This document shows, piece by piece, positions 53,832 through 64,000 of a DNA stretch of 64,000 nucleotides. A program made the position numbers and the translations under genes. The notes beneath the pieces were generated by a model. That model saw nothing but the letters and a program-made list of their open reading frames with translations, was not told the origin of the DNA and did not search any database. This DNA comes from an uncultured Halobacteriales archaeon. GTDB lineage: Archaea; Halobacteriota; Halobacteria; Halobacteriales; Hikarchaeaceae. The stretch's first letter is position 1, and every line of letters begins with the position of its first letter. The DNA lies in the NCBI GenBank assembly GCA_964542445.1, contig CAZITY010000003.1, positions 21,886 through 85,885 on the forward strand. The letters run 5' to 3'.

Positions 53832-55115
53832 TTACTGAAGGAAATTCGTAATAACCCCGACACTATTCTCAGCCCCCTGTATCAGGGCCTCGCCGATTGC
53901 GCCGACACTCCCGATTTCAGCCCCGAGCCATGGGATGATAATGATCGGGAAAAGAATTGAGGCAATAAAACTCCCAACATTCGTCATTGCGACGATAGCC
54001 ATCACACGGAATAATGGGACATCAAGCATTTGTTGGAGTAACTGACGGAGTGGGCTCTCGTCGTCAGATAATATTTCATTCAGTCGACTAATGTCACTCA
54101 CGTTTACTTGGGTGTAACGTAATTCGACGTACCCGGCGAACCACCCGGGGGCTAACATTGGGTTAATACTCGTTAACCAGGCGACAAGTCCGCCTGTGGT
54201 GGCGCTCGACCAATGGGCCCCTGCGAGTTTTGCAAGCGTGAACGCGGCTATCCCGTTGAACAGGAACCACGCGAGAAATAACTTGAGTAACGTGGTGTTC
54301 CGGACGCCGGCCATGGCAAGGAGGACGAAGAAGGAAGTAAAGGCAATGGCAATGATGTAACCAAAGATTTTCGCGATTGAGAACCGGCGACCACTGGGGG
54401 AGGTTGTTAGCGATTCAAAGTCTGGGAGGTCCCGTGGGTTTTCCAGGAATTGTTGGATACCATCCACGTGTCCGGCTCCTACCACTGCGACCACATCGTC
54501 ACCTGATTCGGTGAGCGTGAGTAATTTATGCGCGATGTACGCATCGCGTTCGTCGATCAGTGCTTCAGCACCTCCGGGACTAAACCGACGCAGTTCTTCG
54601 ATCATTGCCCGGACAACGTCAGTATCCGTTATTTCGTCTAGTTGGATTTCTGTTTGTGTTCGCCCGATTCCTATCATCCCGAGAAAGAGATGGAATACGA
54701 GTTTGAGTTTCTCGATAAACGATAACCGATGCCAGAATCGCCGGATAGTCGTCTGGATGTCCCGGTCGACAAGGGCGAGGGTGCTTCCGTGTGTCTCGGC
54801 GGCATCAATGGCGGCTTTCATGTCGGCTCCCGGCGTGATATCGAATTTTTTGCCGAGGCGCATCTGGACATACGAAAGTAACCAATATGCGAGGAATTGA
54901 AAGATGGTGTTTCCTTGCAGTAAATCAGCCGGTTGGATATCGTCGGGTTGGTCGCCGATGAGTTGTCGGTAGCGAGCTTCGTCTAGTTCGACTGCCACGA
55001 CGTCAGGACGGACGTCATTGATGGTTTGCGTGACTTCTTCGACGCTGTCCGGTGAAATATGGGCCGTCCCAACTAACCACACTCGCCCTGGTTCTGTTGG
55101 GGAGGCCTCACTCAT
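53832..55115 (-). CDS. TraB/PrgY-family protein with C-terminal membrane domain
   Basis: N-terminal VWLVGTAHISPDSVEEV motif of the TraB family. C-terminal ~150 aa hydrophobic. Ends 2 nt before the M50 gene. Confidence 0.7.
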   Translation of the reverse strand: MSEASPTEPGRVWLVGTAHISPDSVEEVTQTINDVRPDVVAVELDEARYRQLIGDQPDDIQPADLLQGNTIFQFLAYWLLSYVQMRLGKKFDITPGADMKAAIDAAETHGSTLALVDRDIQTTIRRFWHRLSFIEKLKLVFHLFLGMIGIGRTQTEIQLDEITDTDVVRAMIEELRRFSPGGAEALIDERDAYIAHKLLTLTESGDDVVAVVGAGHVDGIQQFLENPRDLPDFESLTTSPSGRRFSIAKIFGYIIAIAFTSFFVLLAMAGVRNTTLLKLFLAWFLFNGIAAFTLAKLAGAHWSSATTGGLVAWLTSINPMLAPGWFAGYVELRYTQVNVSDISRLNEILSDDESPLRQLLQQMLDVPLFRVMAIVAMTNVGSFIASILFPIIIIPWLGAEIGSVGAIGEALIQGAENSVGVITNFLQ

Positions 55116-55373
55116 TGCCCGCAGGTAATTGGCTTATGGCTTTACGCTTATCGTCCTACGCATCCACTGCGAATAACGAACACAGCGGTATTGTTTCCAG
55201 AAATGGTGTTAGTATTTTGGTGAATCTGGTGTGGTCTGACATCTGATTCCACTCAGTTGTACAGTTGTTATAACCCTTGATTCAAATCAGGGTCCGGAAT
55301 AAATATTTCACGCACGCCTACGCCCGAATCAGCGAGTAGTGCGAATTATAAGCGCTGACTCTTATGAATCGCT

Positions 55374-56369
55374 ATGTCGACTGTACCGCAACCAAGACTT
55401 TCCTTATCTCAGCGCCCGACACCGATTTCGTATCTCAGTAGGTTATCAGACCGGTACGAATGTGAGTTGTACATCAAGCGGGACGATATGACTGCCGGCA
55501 TCGAACAAGGAAACAAAATCAGGAAACTGGAGTACCTACTTGCAGATGCTAAAGAACGCAATGCAGATGCTGTAATAACTACAGGGGGATTGCAATCAAA
55601 TCATTGTCGTGCTACAGCTGTCGCCGCCCGACAACTCGGTATGAAACCATATCTCTTGCTTCGAGGAACGAAACCACCGGTGTTCGATGGGAACCTATTA
55701 ATAGACGAAATTGTTGGTGCCGAAATTGAATATATCTCGCCAGAAGTCTATAATAAGCGGCTTGACGATAAATTCCAACAAGCTGTTGAAAATCTCGAAA
55801 GCAAGGGGCACTCACCGTATGTGATTCCTTCTGGTGGATCGAATCCCATGGGGACGCTGGCCTATACCAATGCGTTTGAAGAAATCGAAGCATACCTTGA
55901 TCGGAACCCTTCCGTGGCATTTGATTCAATGTATGTAGCGACGGGGTCGGGTGGAACGCAAGCTGGTTTGATTGCCGGCGCGTGTTTATTTGACTCGCAG
56001 ACGCAGATTATCGGGGTTCGCGTTTCGAATGAATCCGAGGCCGAATTAACCGCGATAATCACAGAGAATGTGTTGGGTGCTGCCGAACAAATCAGTGGTT
56101 TTTCACCTGATAAAGCCGATATCAGGGATCGGATTCAATTTGTTGATTACGTGGGACCAGGGTACGCAGAACCGTCGGAGGCGGATTTACGACTGTTACG
56201 GGAGGCCGGAAGGACAGAGGGAATTGTACTCGATACTTGTTACACTGCAAAGGGGTTTCGTGCCGTAGTAGAACACACTCAGCAGGACGAGACTGCATTA
56301 TTTATCCATACAGGTGGGTCGTATGGATTGTTCTCACACCGCGACGAATTAACTACGTTCTTATCATAG
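55374..56369 (+). CDS. PLP-dependent D-cysteine desulfhydrase / ACC deaminase family enzyme
   Basis: Lys motif GNKIRKLEY, fold-type II PLP pattern, glycine loop GSGGT. 331 aa. Confidence 0.8.
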   Translation: MSTVPQPRLSLSQRPTPISYLSRLSDRYECELYIKRDDMTAGIEQGNKIRKLEYLLADAKERNADAVITTGGLQSNHCRATAVAARQLGMKPYLLLRGTKPPVFDGNLLIDEIVGAEIEYISPEVYNKRLDDKFQQAVENLESKGHSPYVIPSGGSNPMGTLAYTNAFEEIEAYLDRNPSVAFDSMYVATGSGGTQAGLIAGACLFDSQTQIIGVRVSNESEAELTAIITENVLGAAEQISGFSPDKADIRDRIQFVDYVGPGYAEPSEADLRLLREAGRTEGIVLDTCYTAKGFRAVVEHTQQDETALFIHTGGSYGLFSHRDELTTFLS

Positions 56370-56432
56370 CGTATCCCCGGTACTCAGTCAGGAAAGGTGG
56401 CTTTTTGTCAGTGTGTTTGTAACCCTAACCTA

Positions 56433-56741
56433 ATGTTCCAAAATTTACTCGATGAAATTGATCTTCTTCAGCGACATTTCCTAGTGTTACAATACGTCCG
56501 AGAATTTGAGCCGATCGGGATCGTTAAACTTTCAAAGAAAACCGGGTATTCAAAATATCAAGTCCGAAATTCATTGTCGTCTCTTGAGGAAAACGGTGTG
56601 ATTGAACCAACGCAGAATGGGGCGGTAACTACCGATAAAACTGAAACGTTCATCGCTACGCAATCTTCGCAACTCACTGATTTGCTTGACCGTGTCAATG
56701 CCTTAGCTGATGAGCAGCAGCAACAAGTGACAGCAAAATAA
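56433..56741 (+). CDS. small winged-helix transcription regulator (MarR/TrmB-like)
   Basis: ATG at 56433 (MFQNLLDEIDLLQRHFLVLQYV...). HTH segment IVKLSKKTGYSKYQVRNSLSSLEENG. Confidence 0.55.
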   Translation: MFQNLLDEIDLLQRHFLVLQYVREFEPIGIVKLSKKTGYSKYQVRNSLSSLEENGVIEPTQNGAVTTDKTETFIATQSSQLTDLLDRVNALADEQQQQVTAK

Positions 56742-56801
56742 TACTGCTAGTACTTTTGATAGACGGTTGATCTAGGGTGTGTTGGCCTGCGATGCGGGTT
56801 T

Positions 56802-58067
56802 CTATTCGCTTTCAGCGAGGATGTGAGCTGGTACTGGTTCCGTACTCATCGTGAGAAGGGTATACACCACGAATAACCCCAGCGCGACCCCACCCACTGC
56901 ACACACCAAATACTCTGCTTGATATCCGATGGTTGCAGCGAAGGGCAACGCGACAATTGGGCCGAGTGTCGCCCCTAGATCACCAAACACGTTGTAGACG
57001 CCGCCGAGTTTCCCGACATCGGCAGCGGGACTGATATCGCCAAGGAACGCGAGTAACGGGGGATTCGTTCCGCCAACGCCAATCCCAATGAGTGCAACCG
57101 CGATGAGCGTCGATTCAAGGGTCGGAATTAAACCAAGGAGAGCAAACCCTGCTGCGAACACAGCGAGTGCTGGGAGCGTAACCAGCACGCGGTTGTCGAG
57201 CCGATCAGATAGATTCCCTGAAATAACGGTTGTGACACTTGCGGATAACACGCTTACTCCCATGACGATTCCACTAATCCCGATCGCCGAAATGCCCCCG
57301 AATCCAATACCGAACGCCTCAGCGTATAACACGATCGTGGACAATAATACGCCGCCGAAAAAGAATCGGACAGTGAAATTCACTGAACCGACCATTAAAA
57401 TCCGGATGTCATTTCTGACGATCCCCGGAAGCTCACTCATTTTCGCGGGGGTTTGGATCGTTGATGACACATCTGGGAGGACCACTGCAGCAACCACCGC
57501 GGCCACTAGCCCGGACATCCCTGCCGTACCGAATGCGACTTCGTAACTATAGACATCCGTGAGTAATCCCCCGAGAATCAGACCCGTTGGGAATCCAAGG
57601 CTTTGACCGCCGCGGAAATACCCGATCCATTTGCCGCGAGTATCGGTTGTAGTAACGTGAATTACGATGGAGAACGCGCCGACAAACACGAACGCGGATC
57701 CCAATCCCCAAATAACCCGTGCCAATATAAATATCCCCGCCGACCCCAGGATGGGTATATAGTCGGGGTATAATCCTACGATGTACCCAAAGGGAGCTAA
57801 TCCTTGGAGAATAAACCCAATGATCATTGGTTTCCTCGTCCCGATTTTATCGATTATCTGACCCGCGGGTGTATTGATGAGGAGTCGAGTGAATCGGTTC
57901 GTTGAGAGGATAACTCCAACGAGTAACGGAGAAATCCCGAGGACAGTTCCGAGTGTCGGGAGCGTCGGAAAGGCAACACCGCCGCCGACCCCCCCAAAGA
58001 ACACCCCTAGAATTAGACTACCGACGATAGTTGGGACATGATACGCCGGTTGTTTATCGTCACTCAT
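56802..58067 (-). CDS. MFS-family transporter
   Basis: 421 aa, 12 TM. MFS signature GxLxDrxGrr-like (GQIIDKIGTRK). Confidence 0.75.
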   Translation of the reverse strand: MSDDKQPAYHVPTIVGSLILGVFFGGVGGGVAFPTLPTLGTVLGISPLLVGVILSTNRFTRLLINTPAGQIIDKIGTRKPMIIGFILQGLAPFGYIVGLYPDYIPILGSAGIFILARVIWGLGSAFVFVGAFSIVIHVTTTDTRGKWIGYFRGGQSLGFPTGLILGGLLTDVYSYEVAFGTAGMSGLVAAVVAAVVLPDVSSTIQTPAKMSELPGIVRNDIRILMVGSVNFTVRFFFGGVLLSTIVLYAEAFGIGFGGISAIGISGIVMGVSVLSASVTTVISGNLSDRLDNRVLVTLPALAVFAAGFALLGLIPTLESTLIAVALIGIGVGGTNPPLLAFLGDISPAADVGKLGGVYNVFGDLGATLGPIVALPFAATIGYQAEYLVCAVGGVALGLFVVYTLLTMSTEPVPAHILAESE

Positions 58068-58281
58068 TCCCTGATATTTCTCCTACTGATGCGGTGATTG
58101 TGTCCCATTATACATGATAAGAATCAATCTGTCGTTTGCGGCGACCAATTCATTACTCCAACTCTGATTTACCGAAACGCAATAGAGGTTACTACTTAGG
58201 TATTTTTTATCCTCCGTCACCGACGAATCGACCGACTTTTTGCCCAATGATCGACGGACTCCAGATTACCCCGGCGTCTAG

Positions 58282-59415
58282 TTATGCTAAGTGTTCGCGG
58301 GCGATGGCTTCTGGATCAGTGTTTCCGTTATGGCCGAGTGTCTCCAAGACAGCGCCTAATTCTCGAACCGTTCTCAGAACATCTTTCTCAGAAATCGCAC
58401 CCATCGTCCCAATCCTAATTACATCTTCTGTGACCGGACCAATTCCTGTTTTAATAATAACGCCGCGCTCTTCTAATCCAGAAACAATCTCATTCGCGGT
58501 GAGATCATCCGGTACATTCGACACCACCACTCCGTTAGTGAACGAACTTTCTTCGTTGACTGACGGAAACGGTTCCAACCCAAGCGCACCTAATCCTTCG
58601 CGGATCGCCGCCGCAAATCGAGCGTGTCTTGCAATTGAAGCGTCCAACCCTTGTGATGCAATTTGTGTTAATCCTTCTCTGAGTGCCTGATACAACGGCA
58701 CGCTACACGTGGTCGGTGTTTGACAATCACTTGCTCGATCTAAATGCGACGCCAAATTTAAATAATACGACGACACGTCGTTCTTTATTGCTCGTTCTGC
58801 CTGATCACTCACTGTTATTGCGCTCAACCCGGGCGGTGCACCAATGGCTTTCTGCGACGCCGTCACGCCAAGATCGACACCCCAATTATCGACCTGCACT
58901 GGTTCGCATCCGACGCTCGTTATGCAATCGACCACAAACAGTGCGCCAGAATCTCTAACGATTTCGCTAACGGCTTCAACGGGATTAACCAGCCCCACGG
59001 AGGTTTCGGCGTGCACCATCGTCACAACATCGACCGATTCATCGATTACCGACTCAACTCGCGACAAGCCAAAGGGTTCCCCCCATCCCATACTCACGGA
59101 ATGGACATTCGACGTAAATCCACGCGTTATCTCATCGAATCGCTCACCAAATGATCCGTTATGAAGACAGACAGCGGTATCATTCGGCCCAACAACATTA
59201 CTCACAGCCATTTCCATCGATGCCGTTCCGCTCCCGCTTACGATCACCACATCGTTCGCTGTTCCAAAGAACTCCTGGAGTAACTCCTGGCATTCTTTAA
59301 AAATTCCTTTGAACTCATTCCCGCGGTGGTTGATCATTTTTTTCGCGAGCGCTGAACGCATTTGTTCGCTTGTCGGGACCGGTCCGGGAATCATCAGTAG
59401 TGGCGGTTCAGTCAT
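58282..59415 (-). CDS. class V PLP-dependent aminotransferase (serine--pyruvate / alanine--glyoxylate aminotransferase family)
   Basis: The ATG at 59415 (MTEPPLLMIPGPVP) is preferred. AGXT-family pattern with PLP lysine region (SQKAIGAPPGLS). Confidence 0.8.
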   Translation of the reverse strand: MTEPPLLMIPGPVPTSEQMRSALAKKMINHRGNEFKGIFKECQELLQEFFGTANDVVIVSGSGTASMEMAVSNVVGPNDTAVCLHNGSFGERFDEITRGFTSNVHSVSMGWGEPFGLSRVESVIDESVDVVTMVHAETSVGLVNPVEAVSEIVRDSGALFVVDCITSVGCEPVQVDNWGVDLGVTASQKAIGAPPGLSAITVSDQAERAIKNDVSSYYLNLASHLDRASDCQTPTTCSVPLYQALREGLTQIASQGLDASIARHARFAAAIREGLGALGLEPFPSVNEESSFTNGVVVSNVPDDLTANEIVSGLEERGVIIKTGIGPVTEDVIRIGTMGAISEKDVLRTVRELGAVLETLGHNGNTDPEAIAREHLA

Positions 59416-59565
59416 ATACTGGTAGTTTTCAGCCAACCAAATTAACCCCATCAATTCGCTATCCTGTTGTGAACGCTCCGCACAATTGTTTTTCCTTGAA
59501 TATTGGGCTTAGTAGACGCTATCTGATTCCAATACTACTTTGGTACCTCCTGAATCACCATAGCC

Positions 59566-60357
59566 ATGGATCTAAATCTCAAGAACAACGTAGCGCTCAC
59601 AACTGCCTCCAGTAGTGGCCTTGGAAAAGCGTCTGCCAAAGCACTTGCCCGTGAAGGTGCCAATGTCGTCATTAATGGCCGGTCAGCAGATCGGGTTGAA
59701 GAAGCAAAATCGGAAATCCTCGAAGCCGCAACAGGTGAGGTTATTGGGTTCCCCGGTGATATTACAGATCCAGACGCTATTTCGGGACTCGTGGAAACTA
59801 CGGTCGATGAATTCGGCGGTATTGACCATCTAGTTATATCTTCAGGTGGGCCGCCACGCTATCGATTTCCAGAAACCACGGATCAGGATTGGTATGATGC
59901 ATATGACCTCCTCGTCATGAGTGTTGTCCGTACGGTACGTGAATCCCAAAAATACCTGGAAGCTGACGGTGGTGGCTCGATTGTGAATATCACTTCTCGG
60001 TCGGTGAAAGAAGCCTCACCAACGAATGTATTATCGAGTTCGATTCGGCTCGCCGTCATTGGGTTAGAAAAAGTTTTATCTAAAGAATTGGGACCGGAGG
60101 TTCGTGCCAATGCGGTTCTCCCAGGATCTATCGATACTCCGCGAGTAGAAGCCGGGATTCAATCGCAAATCGAAGCGGGAATTGTCGATTCCATGAAGGA
60201 AGGAAAAGCATCGCGGGCGGAGAGCATTCCTATTGGTCGAATCGGACAACCGATGGAACTCGGTGACATGGTGGCGTTCCTCTGCTCAGAACGAGCGGCC
60301 TATATAAATGGTGAAACGCTGCTCATCGACGGTGGGTCTTCGAGTTCGACGCTCTAA
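59566..60357 (+). CDS. SDR-family oxidoreductase
   Basis: TASSSGLGKA Rossmann motif and a catalytic S...YxxxK-equivalent region. 263 aa. Confidence 0.8.
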   Translation: MDLNLKNNVALTTASSSGLGKASAKALAREGANVVINGRSADRVEEAKSEILEAATGEVIGFPGDITDPDAISGLVETTVDEFGGIDHLVISSGGPPRYRFPETTDQDWYDAYDLLVMSVVRTVRESQKYLEADGGGSIVNITSRSVKEASPTNVLSSSIRLAVIGLEKVLSKELGPEVRANAVLPGSIDTPRVEAGIQSQIEAGIVDSMKEGKASRAESIPIGRIGQPMELGDMVAFLCSERAAYINGETLLIDGGSSSSTL

Positions 60358-60436
60358 CCCGAAATTTTACGGCTTCCCCGGGCTATTTGAGCTTCTGACT
60401 AGTAGTTATTTAGGGTCGGTTGTGTACTCTGTTACC

Positions 60437-60871
60437 ATGGTAATCATTGCGGCGGTTGATCGATCGGCTCGATCAGAGTCAGTAGTTGTGCAAGCGGAGA
60501 TCCTTTCGAACGCTTTTGACGCTCCCATTCACGCGATTCACGTGCTTACTCCCCGGGAGTTCAGGGAAATTGAGGAAGATAGCTATCAAGATACTCGCCA
60601 AACGATTCCGATGGATAAGATCCGTGACTTTGCTGAGGGCGTTGCTGTAAACGCATTGGATGCTGCGGGGGTAAACGGGACCGGTGTTGGGTTAATTGGG
60701 CGTGCTTCGAATGAAATCATTTCGTATGCGACTGAAGTAAACGCGATGTATCTTGTCGTGGGACCTCGTCAACGTTCTCCCGCTGGGAAAGCATTGTTCG
60801 GAAGTGTTGCCCAATCGTTATTATTAGAAGCTGATATCCCAGTTGTTTCGGTACCAGCTGAACGATCATGA
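60437..60871 (+). CDS. universal stress protein (UspA family)
   Basis: The ATG at 60437 (MVIIAAVDRS...) is preferred over the TTG at 60308. C-terminal ATP-binding motif LVVGPRQRSPAGKALFGSVAQSLL. Confidence 0.75.
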   Translation: MVIIAAVDRSARSESVVVQAEILSNAFDAPIHAIHVLTPREFREIEEDSYQDTRQTIPMDKIRDFAEGVAVNALDAAGVNGTGVGLIGRASNEIISYATEVNAMYLVVGPRQRSPAGKALFGSVAQSLLLEADIPVVSVPAERS

Positions 60872-61157
60872 CCGATATTTTGATTCGAAATGCACATTTA
60901 CGAGGCTTTGGTGGGTGTCCCAAATCCTACTCACTCTAGCAAGCATCCGGACATGCCACACGGTATTATTTGGGTTTCGTCACTGTCTCACACCCCTTGA
61001 TACGTCGTGTATCTATAATTAATTGCGTCGCCTTGGAAGGAGGATGCGTTGATTTACCGTCTGTTGATACACCAAGATTCTAATAGATATCATTCCTTGT
61101 GCCTAGGACGAGAAGAATAATCATGAGGATCAGGCCGCAACCCACATTCATTCTGTC

Positions 61158-62162
61158 ATGAGTGTGAAAATGAATCGGAATCAAGTGTTCTTACTGCTCC
61201 TGATTAGTGTTTTATTACTTCTCACGTTTGTCGTGATTCTTCCGTTCGTAGAATATGTGATTGCCGCAGCGATACTTGCATATTTGTTGTATCCCATACA
61301 TTTACGGATGCGACGACGGGTCGGATCACGGGTCTCTGCGATTCTCTTATTGGTCGGGTCGCTCATTGCGCTTATTCTCCCGGTGGCGTATATTTCCTGG
61401 GTGTTCATGCAGAACCTCCGCCAAATATCGCAGGGGGAGACTGGACTTGATGTGGTGGCAATCGAATCTCGATTATCAGAGTTAGCAGGGGTCGAAATCA
61501 ATGTTTCGACTGCCTTAACAAACATGGCGCAGCAAATTGTCGTCATATTATTCGGTGGAACAGGCGAAATTGTGGCGGGAACCTTTAAAGCCACTCTTGG
61601 TATTGCTCTGTCTGTGTTTCTTGTGTATTATATGTTACTTGAAGGCCCAGCGTTCGTCGAATGGCTCCGCCAACTCATCCCCCTCTCGGACCGGGTAACG
61701 ACTGAGTTATTCGAACAGATTGATGCAACAACGTGGGGGGTAGTGATTGCCGAGATTTCCGTGGCCGTTGCTCAAGCGATCCTCGGCGGTATCGCGTTAT
61801 GGTTCGTTGGTATCCCGAATGTTGTGTTCTGGACCTTCGTGATGGCGGTCTTTGCATTACTCCCGATCGTTGGAGCATTTATGGTGTGGGGCCCGGCGGC
61901 ACTGTATCTGTTACTTCTCGATCAGGTGGCTCCCGGGCTGTTCTTGTTTGTCTGGGGATTAACAGTGGTGAGTTTCTTTGATAACTACGCGAGACCAATC
62001 GTAATCGATACCCGTGCCCACATTAATCCGGCCGTTATTCTCGTGGGGGTACTGGGCGGAATTTATGCGATTGGGTTTACTGGATTGTTTGTCGGCCCAG
62101 TGCTCATTGGGGTGCTCGTGTCGACTCTAGAGATCTTCCGGACTGAATTCGATACGGTATAA
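61158..62162 (+). CDS. AI-2E family transporter (PerM/UPF0118)
   Basis: 334 aa, ~8 TM. Characteristic C-terminal GPVLIGVL motif region. Confidence 0.75.
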   Translation: MSVKMNRNQVFLLLLISVLLLLTFVVILPFVEYVIAAAILAYLLYPIHLRMRRRVGSRVSAILLLVGSLIALILPVAYISWVFMQNLRQISQGETGLDVVAIESRLSELAGVEINVSTALTNMAQQIVVILFGGTGEIVAGTFKATLGIALSVFLVYYMLLEGPAFVEWLRQLIPLSDRVTTELFEQIDATTWGVVIAEISVAVAQAILGGIALWFVGIPNVVFWTFVMAVFALLPIVGAFMVWGPAALYLLLLDQVAPGLFLFVWGLTVVSFFDNYARPIVIDTRAHINPAVILVGVLGGIYAIGFTGLFVGPVLIGVLVSTLEIFRTEFDTV

Positions 62163-62267
62163 CCCATGTCCCTTCAGTTTGATGGTTATCACCCAATTAA
62201 TTGGTGCTACTGTGGGCGGCGTTCAGTATAACTAGTAGTTTATGGTGTCGATCATGATAGGAGAGGT

Positions 62268-63503
62268 ATGTATCAGGATGCGGTCGATAACGACCGGCTT
62301 TTCGAGCGGTTAGATGAACTCGCAACCATTGGAGGGACAGCTAACGGGGGCGTTACGCGTCCCGCGTATTCGCAAGCGGAGGCAGACGCGATTGCGTACA
62401 TAGAGGACGTATTACCGACGGGGTATTCGACGTACTTTGATGCGGTCGGGAATTTTTACGCTACGGCCGATCCGTCTGCCGATGAATCCTTTTTGCTTGG
62501 TAGTCACCTTGATTCCGTCTATAATGGCGGTCCACTCGATGGAGCGCTTGGCGTTATTGTCGCGCTAGAAGCGATCGAAATTGCGGAGATACTAGATAAG
62601 CCTTACTCGGTTCCACCGACCTTAATTGTGTTCCGAGGCGAAGAATCAGCGCGGTTTGGTCGGGGGACAATCGGCAGTCGAGCGGCTACGGGGAAACTCA
62701 CAGAGGGGGATCTCGATGCGACCGATAACAATGGGGTTTCGCTCCGTGAGGCTATGAGCACGGCCGGGTTCGAACCACCGACACCAGGATCCAAAATACT
62801 CGATCCCTCCGAGATCCATGCCTACGTCGAGACGCACATCGAGCAAGGTCCGGTGTTGGAATCCTCCGGGAATCGACTGGGGATCGTGACCCACATCCGC
62901 GCTCCGGTTCGATATACCGTGGAAATAACCGGTGAGTACGATCATTCAGGGGCAACCCCGATGGGGACTCGTCGAGACGCTATCGCTTGTGCGAGTGACA
63001 TCGTGACTGCGGTGGAATCTCTCGGGGTAAAAGCAGCTGCTGACGGTAATATCGTGGCGACAGTAACCGAGTTTGATGCGCGTGATACGGCCTCGAATAA
63101 GATCTGTGGCCGGGTTTCTCTAACCATTGATCTCCGAAGTATCGATCAATCGTATCGTGATCAGATTGAGGAAAAAATGGTTGAGACGATCCGGTCCATA
63201 GCGGCGGACCGGGATATCGATGTGGAGTTAGAGCCGTATTATCGCCAGGAGCCAGTTTCCCTCGCGGATACGGTTATTGATGCGCTTGTACGCCACGCTG
63301 ACGCGATTAACACTACTTACGAGCAGTTACCGAGTGGTGGGGGTCACGATGGTCGGCATTTACAGTCGGTGGGGATTCCATCCGGTATGTTGTTCGTTCC
63401 GAGTATTAATGGCGTGAGTCATTCTCCAGATGAAGAGACCATCCCAGAAGCGGTTGTTGATGCGGCAGCGGTGTTCGCCCGAGCGATCACTAACGGATTA
63501 TAA
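62268..63503 (+). CDS. M20-family Zn-dependent amidohydrolase (N-carbamoyl-L-amino-acid hydrolase / allantoate amidohydrolase type)
   Basis: 411 aa. N-terminal LFERLDELATIG...GVTRPAYS pattern typical of the AmaB/AllC subgroup. His/Asp/Glu metal ligands (GSHLDSV, HDGRH). Confidence 0.75.
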   Translation: MYQDAVDNDRLFERLDELATIGGTANGGVTRPAYSQAEADAIAYIEDVLPTGYSTYFDAVGNFYATADPSADESFLLGSHLDSVYNGGPLDGALGVIVALEAIEIAEILDKPYSVPPTLIVFRGEESARFGRGTIGSRAATGKLTEGDLDATDNNGVSLREAMSTAGFEPPTPGSKILDPSEIHAYVETHIEQGPVLESSGNRLGIVTHIRAPVRYTVEITGEYDHSGATPMGTRRDAIACASDIVTAVESLGVKAAADGNIVATVTEFDARDTASNKICGRVSLTIDLRSIDQSYRDQIEEKMVETIRSIAADRDIDVELEPYYRQEPVSLADTVIDALVRHADAINTTYEQLPSGGGHDGRHLQSVGIPSGMLFVPSINGVSHSPDEETIPEAVVDAAAVFARAITNGL

Positions 63504-63668
63504 AACTCGGGTATTCCGTCATAGTATTGATACTGGGCAGTTACTCTGGAGTACCGAACTGTTCTCGTAGCATGCTTGATCCAAACCTTTATGATGATCT
63601 CCTGCTACTCCCTGTGGTATGCTACCGGACCGCCCAACACTATTAACAAGCATACTGGTGGTTGGCCG

Positions 63669-64000
63669 ATGAGTGAAATGGAATACAAGGGCATCTACGA
63701 AAAACTCGGGATGAACCGGATTATTAACGCGAATTTTCCCTCAACGCTGCTCGGCGGTTCTCGGTTACCGGCGGAGGTGATGGAGGCGGTGAATGAAGCG
63801 AATGACCATTTTGGATGGATGTGGGAATTAGAAGAACAAGCTGGAGAAATCATCGCGGACATCACCGGGGGAGAAATGGCACATGTAACTACAGGTACAT
63901 TTGGTGGTCTAGTCCTGAGTGCGGCGGCCTGCATGACTGGTACTGATCGCCAAGCGATGGCTACACTCCCAGCCGGAACGGATGAGTTAGCCAATGAATT
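63669..64000 (+). CDS. 3'-truncated PLP-dependent SelA-like protein (L-seryl-tRNA(Sec) selenium transferase-related, COG1921-like)
   Basis: ATG at 63669. The ORF runs off the window end. N-terminal pattern YEKLGMNRIINANFPSTLLGGSRLPAEVMEAV. Confidence 0.5.
   Translation, partial: MSEMEYKGIYEKLGMNRIINANFPSTLLGGSRLPAEVMEAVNEANDHFGWMWELEEQAGEIIADITGGEMAHVTTGTFGGLVLSAAACMTGTDRQAMATLPAGTDELANE

Overview
This 64-kb window looks like a chromosomal segment of a haloarchaeon (class Halobacteria). The evidence is strongly acidic predicted proteins, dense gene packing on both strands, moderate GC (~50%), leaderless-style TATA promoters, and archaeal gene content (TFB, topoisomerase VI, SMC-ScpA, archaeal-type DHQ synthase II, TatA, proteasome beta subunit). 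A Haloquadratum-like organism is a guess from GC content only. Most of the window is conserved housekeeping genes: an archaeal-type early shikimate cluster (ADH synthase / DHQ synthase II / aroD), tfb, an AglD-like glycosyltransferase, an SPFH-NfeD pair, pyruvate kinase, metG, ppsA, smc-scpA, BolA plus monothiol glutaredoxin, pdxS-pdxT, an ATP-dependent DNA ligase, two tRNAs (Arg-CCU, Gly-UCC), tatA, gyrB-gyrA lying divergently next to top6B-top6A, psmB, purM and several transporters and regulators. Three things stand out. First, a ~3-kb AT-rich stretch sits directly downstream of tRNA-Gly. It carries a single-domain KaiC/RecA-like ATPase, a small winged-helix regulator, and ~1.1 kb with no convincing gene. 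Second, the pyruvate kinase gene has an apparent +/-1 frameshift in a T4/A4 run that separates its genuine N-terminus from the rest of the protein. Third, a frameshifted LamG-domain gene remnant lies next to a compositionally odd MBL-fold hydrolase. I found no CRISPR array, transposase or integrase.
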